Source of the DNA: Laetmonice hystrix
Lineage: Eukaryota
Direction: 5' to 3'
DNA length: 64,000 bases
Assembly: GCA_965235115.1 (NCBI GenBank)
Contig: OZ249436.1
Coordinates: forward strand, 12,774,001-12,838,000
Positions 58,533 through 64,000 of the stretch are shown piece by piece; positions within the stretch are counted from its first letter, which is position 1; every line of letters starts with the position of its first letter. A program made the position numbers and the translations under genes. The notes beneath the pieces were generated by a model. That model was not told where the DNA came from and made no database searches. It worked only from the letters and a program-made list of their open reading frames with translations.

Positions 58533-61500
58533 CTTTAATAAAAGAAGACAAAATCAGGAAAGATTAAAACTTGCTCTTCAAAGTCATTTTGGGCACTAGA
58601 ACTGAAAGCTATATGTACGTGAGATTTAGTATAACAAGCATTCCTCAACACTTTTGGATGTGCCCCTATGCCTCTGTCTGCACCAAGTTTGAAAGAAATC
58701 CAGATCGTTTTATGCTCTGAATCAGAATACAATGGCATATACATTGCCCTTCATATCCTTCTTGTTTGCACCAAATTTGAAAAATAAATCAGGATAGTTT
58801 TGTCAAGGATAGTTATTGCTGCAAATGTGTTTCCATCCAAAATGGCTGCCAAACGGCCATTTTAAAAATGATACCAAAAAACTCTTTGACATGTATTATC
58901 CTCAGACCTTCCCTGATTGTTCGGAAAGCTTAATTCAATTTGACCCAGACACTTCTGAGAAATCATTGTCTATGTATGGTCGGACAGAGACGGAGGGCAA
59001 ATTAGAAGCTCCTGGCCCTTCTGCTTGGGACTAATGAATACATACAAATATGAACCACCAGTGTAAGAGGTGGCACGTGATAGGTGTCGTAGCATCCGTA
59101 AGAACTTGTCACTCTACTTACACGGCTGTGTTAGCAAGGCAAATCCTACATTTTATGCGCCTGGGATTGACTTCATTTGTTATTAGTGGGTATTCATCCT
59201 CCTTTTGACAGTCCTCGGAGTGCAGGAGTCTGTTGGTGGTAGGGGAAAAATCAACTTCAAGGTCTATATCTATGGCAACCAAATACATCAAAGGTGAGCA
59301 CACATCATTAGAAGGGTTAAATTCAGGCATCTGAAAGGGATTTTTTTGCTTCTAACATTATCAGGGTCTTATATCTTAATTGCCTGAATTAAGTCTGTCT
59401 AAAAGTTTACAAATAAAGTGATGTAAGCATTCTAGCGCTTCTGCATGAAGTATGTGCACAGCACTTGATAGAAAAACAACATGATTACCTTATATCTGAG
59501 AATATAATCAAGTGTTCACAGTTTCCTTGATGTTGGTACACGTATGGGTAGCCCAGACGCACACTGAGGCTGTCAAATCTGGTTGTCTCCATGACTGCAG
59601 TACGGAAAGGCCCAAGGTTTCTGCGACTTTCTCGTTTAGCCCACTCCCGTATAGGTCTGAAGTAAACTCCACACCATAAAAACCACATTCATACATGTTT
59701 CATCAAGGCTACACACCAAAAAAAGGCAATCTGGTTAGCTGCATGCCATTTCAGTAAAGGTCTATGGCCTTTATTTCTTTTACTTTGTATAATTACTTTT
59801 ATACTGAATACCTCTCTAGATTATTGGGAAACAAGATTATTCTGCAACTGGGAACATACAGAATCAGGAAAAGGAAGTAACTTTTTCACACCTGCTATAG
59901 TCATGACAGCTTGGGTCTCGCATGTCGTTGTAGAAAACTCCCTCAATATAGAAGAACCCAGACTTGTAGAGGTCCTTAGGAATAGAAATACTGGATCAAA
60001 ACACAGAAATATATACAGAATTTTCACGTTTCATCTCACCATGGCTATGATTCCCAAGATTCATCCTTGGAATATAGTAGCATGTGGTAGAGTACTTTAT
60101 CCTTACGACTTACTTTGGTGGTGACATCTTGTGGCAAATCAGGATGATCAGAGTACTCGCCAACCACAACGCTGTCAGCCAGACATTTAATTGTATCACG
60201 TAGTTTATCCAAAGTCTGACGGCCTAAGACATGCATCTCCTGGCTCAGCCACAACTGAAATCGAATTTTAGAAATTAAGAGTATTAATTATAAAAGGAGA
60301 AGGGACTATAAGTACAAATTAATTAACCCTATCTGTTCATAAGTTTTACCAATTTGAAGCATTTTTGCCAAGACAACAAAGAGTTCAAGCAAGTGTATTA
60401 TATTTCTTTTCCTACCTTCTGCTTAAAAAAAAAGGGACAAAACACCTGAACCGAGATCAAGGCTTCTGGTAAGTTTTCCATCTCGTGTTCTGGGGACAAT
60501 CTCCGCTTAACCTCATGAACCTGTTAAAAAAATCAAACACAGAATTTCAAGTGTTCTTTAAGACATCCCCAATGGCTAAAATCATAAAAGGGATCCTATA
60601 TATTATTCAGGCAACATCGCAACCAGACCATATATTTTTGGCCTTCTAGATTCAAGGATTTTAATGGCTAAAATAAAATTTAAAAGCCTCTAAGAATTCA
60701 GTTATAATTTGACACCTAATGTTTTTAACATTTCCTGACCAGACAACTGAGGTCACCTACCCACGGTCCACCTTTCCGTTTGTATTTGAGTCTCTTCATG
60801 CTGTAGACTCTGTAGTTGGAATTACTACTTCTACGTGCAATATGTTGTTTCTGAGCACTGAAAATTGGGAAAATTCCAAGTTCCAGTTTATTTGTTTATC
60901 AAATTTCAAGAGGCCCTAGGTGCATCAAAACTAGACAGACTAAGCACCAACAGAATTTCTAGATGTAAAAAAAAATTTCAATCCATGCAAGGTCCGAGCC
61001 ATAAACTCAACTACACGATGTACTAATTACCTCCCAAAATGGAGGACCTTGGTTTAAGGCAGCAAAAATGCTACATTTTACCCAAAGTCAAAATAAATCG
61101 TTTTAAATAATCACTAGTGAATTATACACTCTTTAATCTGCAGTAATTAATTACCTTAGTATCTTATTCAATTTATTTCTCTTATTTCACATGCCGTAAG
61201 TGGGTATCCATTGTACATATCTGCCATCTCATCAACTGACATTATATTTTCTTTATATTTTATGTACTTCCTTAATCATATCTTTTTATTCAACCCTACG
61301 TTTACAAATAATAAATAAACTTATTGTAAGGGTTTGGGTTAAGGTCAGGGATAGGGATACGGATATGTTTTTCCCAGGGATAGGGATTTCTATAACAGTG
61401 ACTAAATTGCTCATGAAATAAGTGCACTTTTACAGTTGTTTTTAAAGCTGTTGCTGACTTACCTCAGGGTCATCAGTGATGTACTCTCTGGGATTTTTGA

Positions 61501-63239
61501 CCATTCCTTTGTTTGTTTTTCAGTGAAAGGGGTGCTGAGCTCACCCTCACATGTCAAGGCAGACAACCTAGAATTTGACAAAGTAATTGTAGTAATTGGT
61601 GTTGTTGATATTTTTAGCAACTGGGAGCCCAGGACTAAGCAGTAGAGAAACTATTAGCCAAACCTTTGTTCCCTAAACCAAGCTTCAGCATGATCTAAAG
61701 TAGCATATAGATCAAAAATTGAAAATATATATAGCTACTATAATTACTGCTAGATCCAGCTGGCATAGTGAGCACTATCGGTGCCCAGGGGCAAACTTAA
61801 CTTATGGCACTCCCCATTTCCAACTTGAAATATAATGTTATGGCATCACAATTTGGCGCCCCCTATACTTTTGCACACAGGGGCAAATCCCTGCTCCCTG
61901 CCACCCCCTCACTATGCCACTCGACCAGGCTACAGAAAATCAACACAAGTAGTACTTTTAATTTGTTGTTTGTATCACTATGGGGCAGACAAGGTGAAAC
62001 ATAGGGGCCTACTACCCCTCTTCTCCGGGTAAGCCAAAATGCTCATGCCAATGAAATTATGGTTAACCTAAATTTTGCCAAGTCCCTTTATTTGGCTGAA
62101 TTTGGCAAAAATTAAAGGCAGTGTATGTAGTATGTGGTAGGGTCACGTGACCATTAACACAATCATATTGGATAATGCTCTAGGGCTAAATAGCCAACTA
62201 TCCAATTAAGACCTAACGGTCAACCATTTTGAGACAAAAATAAAACTAGCCCAAGGCCTGACCCTAACCCTAACCCAAGCAATTTGTTTGAATTTGGTAA
62301 TTACAGTGGTCAAAATGGAAAATGGGGCAGTACTCACTTTGACAGACCAGTGCACCTCGGGTGGTACTGGTTTAAAAGTATTGGTCAGTACTGGTCCATA
62401 TATTTACAATATATCTTCCGACGCTACTGTAAAGTAATGATAATGTTGAGTTTGCTGTTAGTGTAAATATAATTGATTGCACTTGTAATGCATGGTATAT
62501 TTGTTCTTTTTCCTCTATCTATCTAGACTTAGATTGCAGACTGACAATTTTCCGGGGGGGGGGGGGGGGGGGGGGGCTAAACAGGTGTTAGTGAGTAAAG
62601 CTGCCTCTGTCATTTGTTTACACAGGATTAGATGGAGGTAGGGGGTTTCTGGGCTTCCTCTTGCCAATAGGCCTAATCATCTTTAGCCACCGTGGCTAAA
62701 ATGGGTAACCAAATCCTGTAGCCACATCAGAATTTCTTTAGCCACATCTCCCGACCGAAATATTAATAAATTAATAAAGACAAGGCAACTGATACGTGAA
62801 ATAAACACTTTTTCATATGACATGGAACAATAATCTCCTTGCCTTTCTTGGAATTTTTATATTCACCAATGTGGCGAAAATATGGTATTTTTCGCAATAT
62901 TTTCTTTTGCCATTTTGCTCTGTTTTTGACCAATGCGAATGTGGCGAACGGCTAGCGGAAGACGTTGTTATTTTTCAGGAGCCATGCCCATGGTCCTAGC
63001 CTTTGATCTAGACTATGACATTAATAATTTCTGACCTACCCACAGACACTGTCTAGCTCTGCTATCATCTCAGCTGTAACACTCATCTTCTCTGCGGCAA
63101 TTTCCAAGAAAGGCTTCTCCCCCTTATCATCATTTTCATCGTCAAGGTATACTTTAGTGTCATGATATAACTCTTCCACAAGTTCCTTAATGTTAATAAG
63201 TGGATAAACGTCGCCATCCACAGCTGCAGCTGAAGCCAT
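58382..63239 (-). CDS. SNAPC3: snRNA-activating protein complex subunit 3 (SNAP50), 9 coding exons, 385 aa
   Basis: Exons 63239-63040, 61567-61463, 60857-60761, 60520-60416, 60254-60114, 59974-59892, 59656-59489, 59229-59122, 58532-58382 (1158 nt including stop). All are GT-AG with matching phases. Motifs [55 protein letters not shown] and [18 protein letters not shown] (SNAP50 C-terminal zinc finger). Confidence 0.96.
58630..59035 (+). mobile_element. Helentron/DINE-1-like non-autonomous element in the last SNAPC3 intron
   Basis: Repeated CACCAA(G/A)TTTGAAA blocks, AAAATGGC..GCCATTTT palindrome, GGACAGAGACGGA microsatellite remnant and a 3' CCC..GGG hairpin. Assigned on architecture only. 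Confidence 0.45.
59122..59229 (-). CDS. SNAPC3: SNAPC3 exon 8 ([36 protein letters not shown])
   Basis: caacAG acceptor, GTAAGT donor, phase 2-2. Confidence 0.94.
59489..59656 (-). CDS. SNAPC3: SNAPC3 exon 7 (PIREWAK...[23 protein letters not shown])
   Basis: cttcAG acceptor, GTAATC donor, phase 2-2. Confidence 0.96.
59892..59974 (-). CDS. SNAPC3: SNAPC3 exon 6 ([28 protein letters not shown])
   Basis: cctaAG acceptor, GTGTGA donor, phase 0-2. Confidence 0.95.
60114..60254 (-). CDS. SNAPC3: SNAPC3 exon 5 ([47 protein letters not shown])
   Basis: tttcAG acceptor, GTAAGT donor. Confidence 0.95.
60416..60520 (-). CDS. SNAPC3: SNAPC3 exon 4 ([35 protein letters not shown])
   Basis: taacAG acceptor, AAG|GTAGGA donor, phase 0-0. 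Confidence 0.87.
60761..60857 (-). CDS. SNAPC3: SNAPC3 exon 3 ([32 protein letters not shown])
   Basis: ttttcAG acceptor, GTAGGT donor, phase 2-0. Confidence 0.82.
61463..61567 (-). CDS. SNAPC3: SNAPC3 exon 2 ([34 protein letters not shown])
   Basis: ttctAG acceptor, GTAAGT donor, phase 2-2. Aligns to GLDKLKC...IPENTDLVTL of SNAPC3. Confidence 0.88.
63040..63239 (-). CDS. SNAPC3: SNAPC3 coding exon 1 ([18 protein letters not shown]...ELDSVC-G)
   Basis: ATG at 63239, donor GG|GTAGGT. An acceptor tgtgcAG 9 nt upstream of the ATG (exon start 63248) suggests a 5' UTR intron. Confidence 0.85.
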
Positions 63240-64000
63240 CGTGGACTTCTGCACACAGAGCGTTTCACACAGTCGCAGCGAACCTCGGCTTAGCCTGGTG
63301 AAAAGGCCCTGCCAAGCCTCAGGCCAGTCAGGGTCCTGCCCGGCTCCTCACACCTCCCGTCCCGGGGCGGGGGGGGTATCCAATCCAGTCAGTGCAGGAC
63401 AGGCACCCACTGAGCCAGCCAGATACGTACTACTAATTTAGAATTAAGGAAGCAACAAATAAACAGGTTATTTCACACCCTGAAGCATTCAGACGAAGGA
63501 ACGTCTGCGATACCACGTCTGCTAGTTTTATTGATATTGTCAGAGGGTTTCCGATGTTGTCTTCAACCAACCATCGTGCGCGTATGGGCGATAATGTGAG
63601 AAAAGTGGGTTGTCACCAAAGCCTGATTAGAGAGTTGGTATGGATGTGCCACTACGCTGAGCGTTGTGCGGCATCTCCCACCGTGCATCATGTTAGAAAA
63701 TAGTTCTTAAATTTTTGGATGATATCCGAGTTTATCTGAGATGCCATGGTTCAAATATAAATCCGACTCATTGTACTGTGTATACAAATACATCTAAATT
63801 AATCTATCTGCTGTTTACATCCAAAGAGAGCTATATAGGTCAAGACTCAAGTAGTCCTTCGAGCTATCCCAGCAGCAGCTGGCTGCAGAGATTGATTACG
63901 TCGGAATCAGATTCTGCACCACACGCCCCGGATGAGACCCGACCTTGACCCGCGGCGAAAACATTGAAAACGAGGGACTCAAGAATCAGATGGCCAAAAG

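Noticed and set aside
62260..62277. Telomere-like CCCTAA repeats (also at about 22925 and 61330)
   Set aside because: Only 2-3 degenerate units; likely part of dispersed repeats, not an interstitial telomere.

Overview
Eukaryotic, intron-rich genomic DNA from a bilaterian invertebrate (probably a lophotrochozoan; this is inference). Two convergent protein-coding genes can be rebuilt exon by exon with GT-AG junctions and consistent phases. hnRNP K (+ strand; three KH domains and a Gly/Met/Arg-rich linker) has coding exons at 37681-54681 and probably a distal TATA-driven first exon at about 12.5-12.8 kb, which would make intron 1 about 24.9 kb. SNAPC3/SNAP50 (- strand) has 9 coding exons at 63239-58382 and encodes 385 aa. 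The last hnRNP K intron holds a complete miR-7 hairpin followed by a cluster of Quaking-type CUAAC motifs. The rest is non-coding: Harbinger, hAT and Tc1/pogo MITEs, a hAT transposase remnant, a probable solo LTR, a CAGGTAG-rich minisatellite, (CTG)28 and long G-runs. I found no clearly new protein system. The most interesting signals are regulatory: alternative first, cassette and terminal exons, miR-7 control elements and CTCF-like sites.
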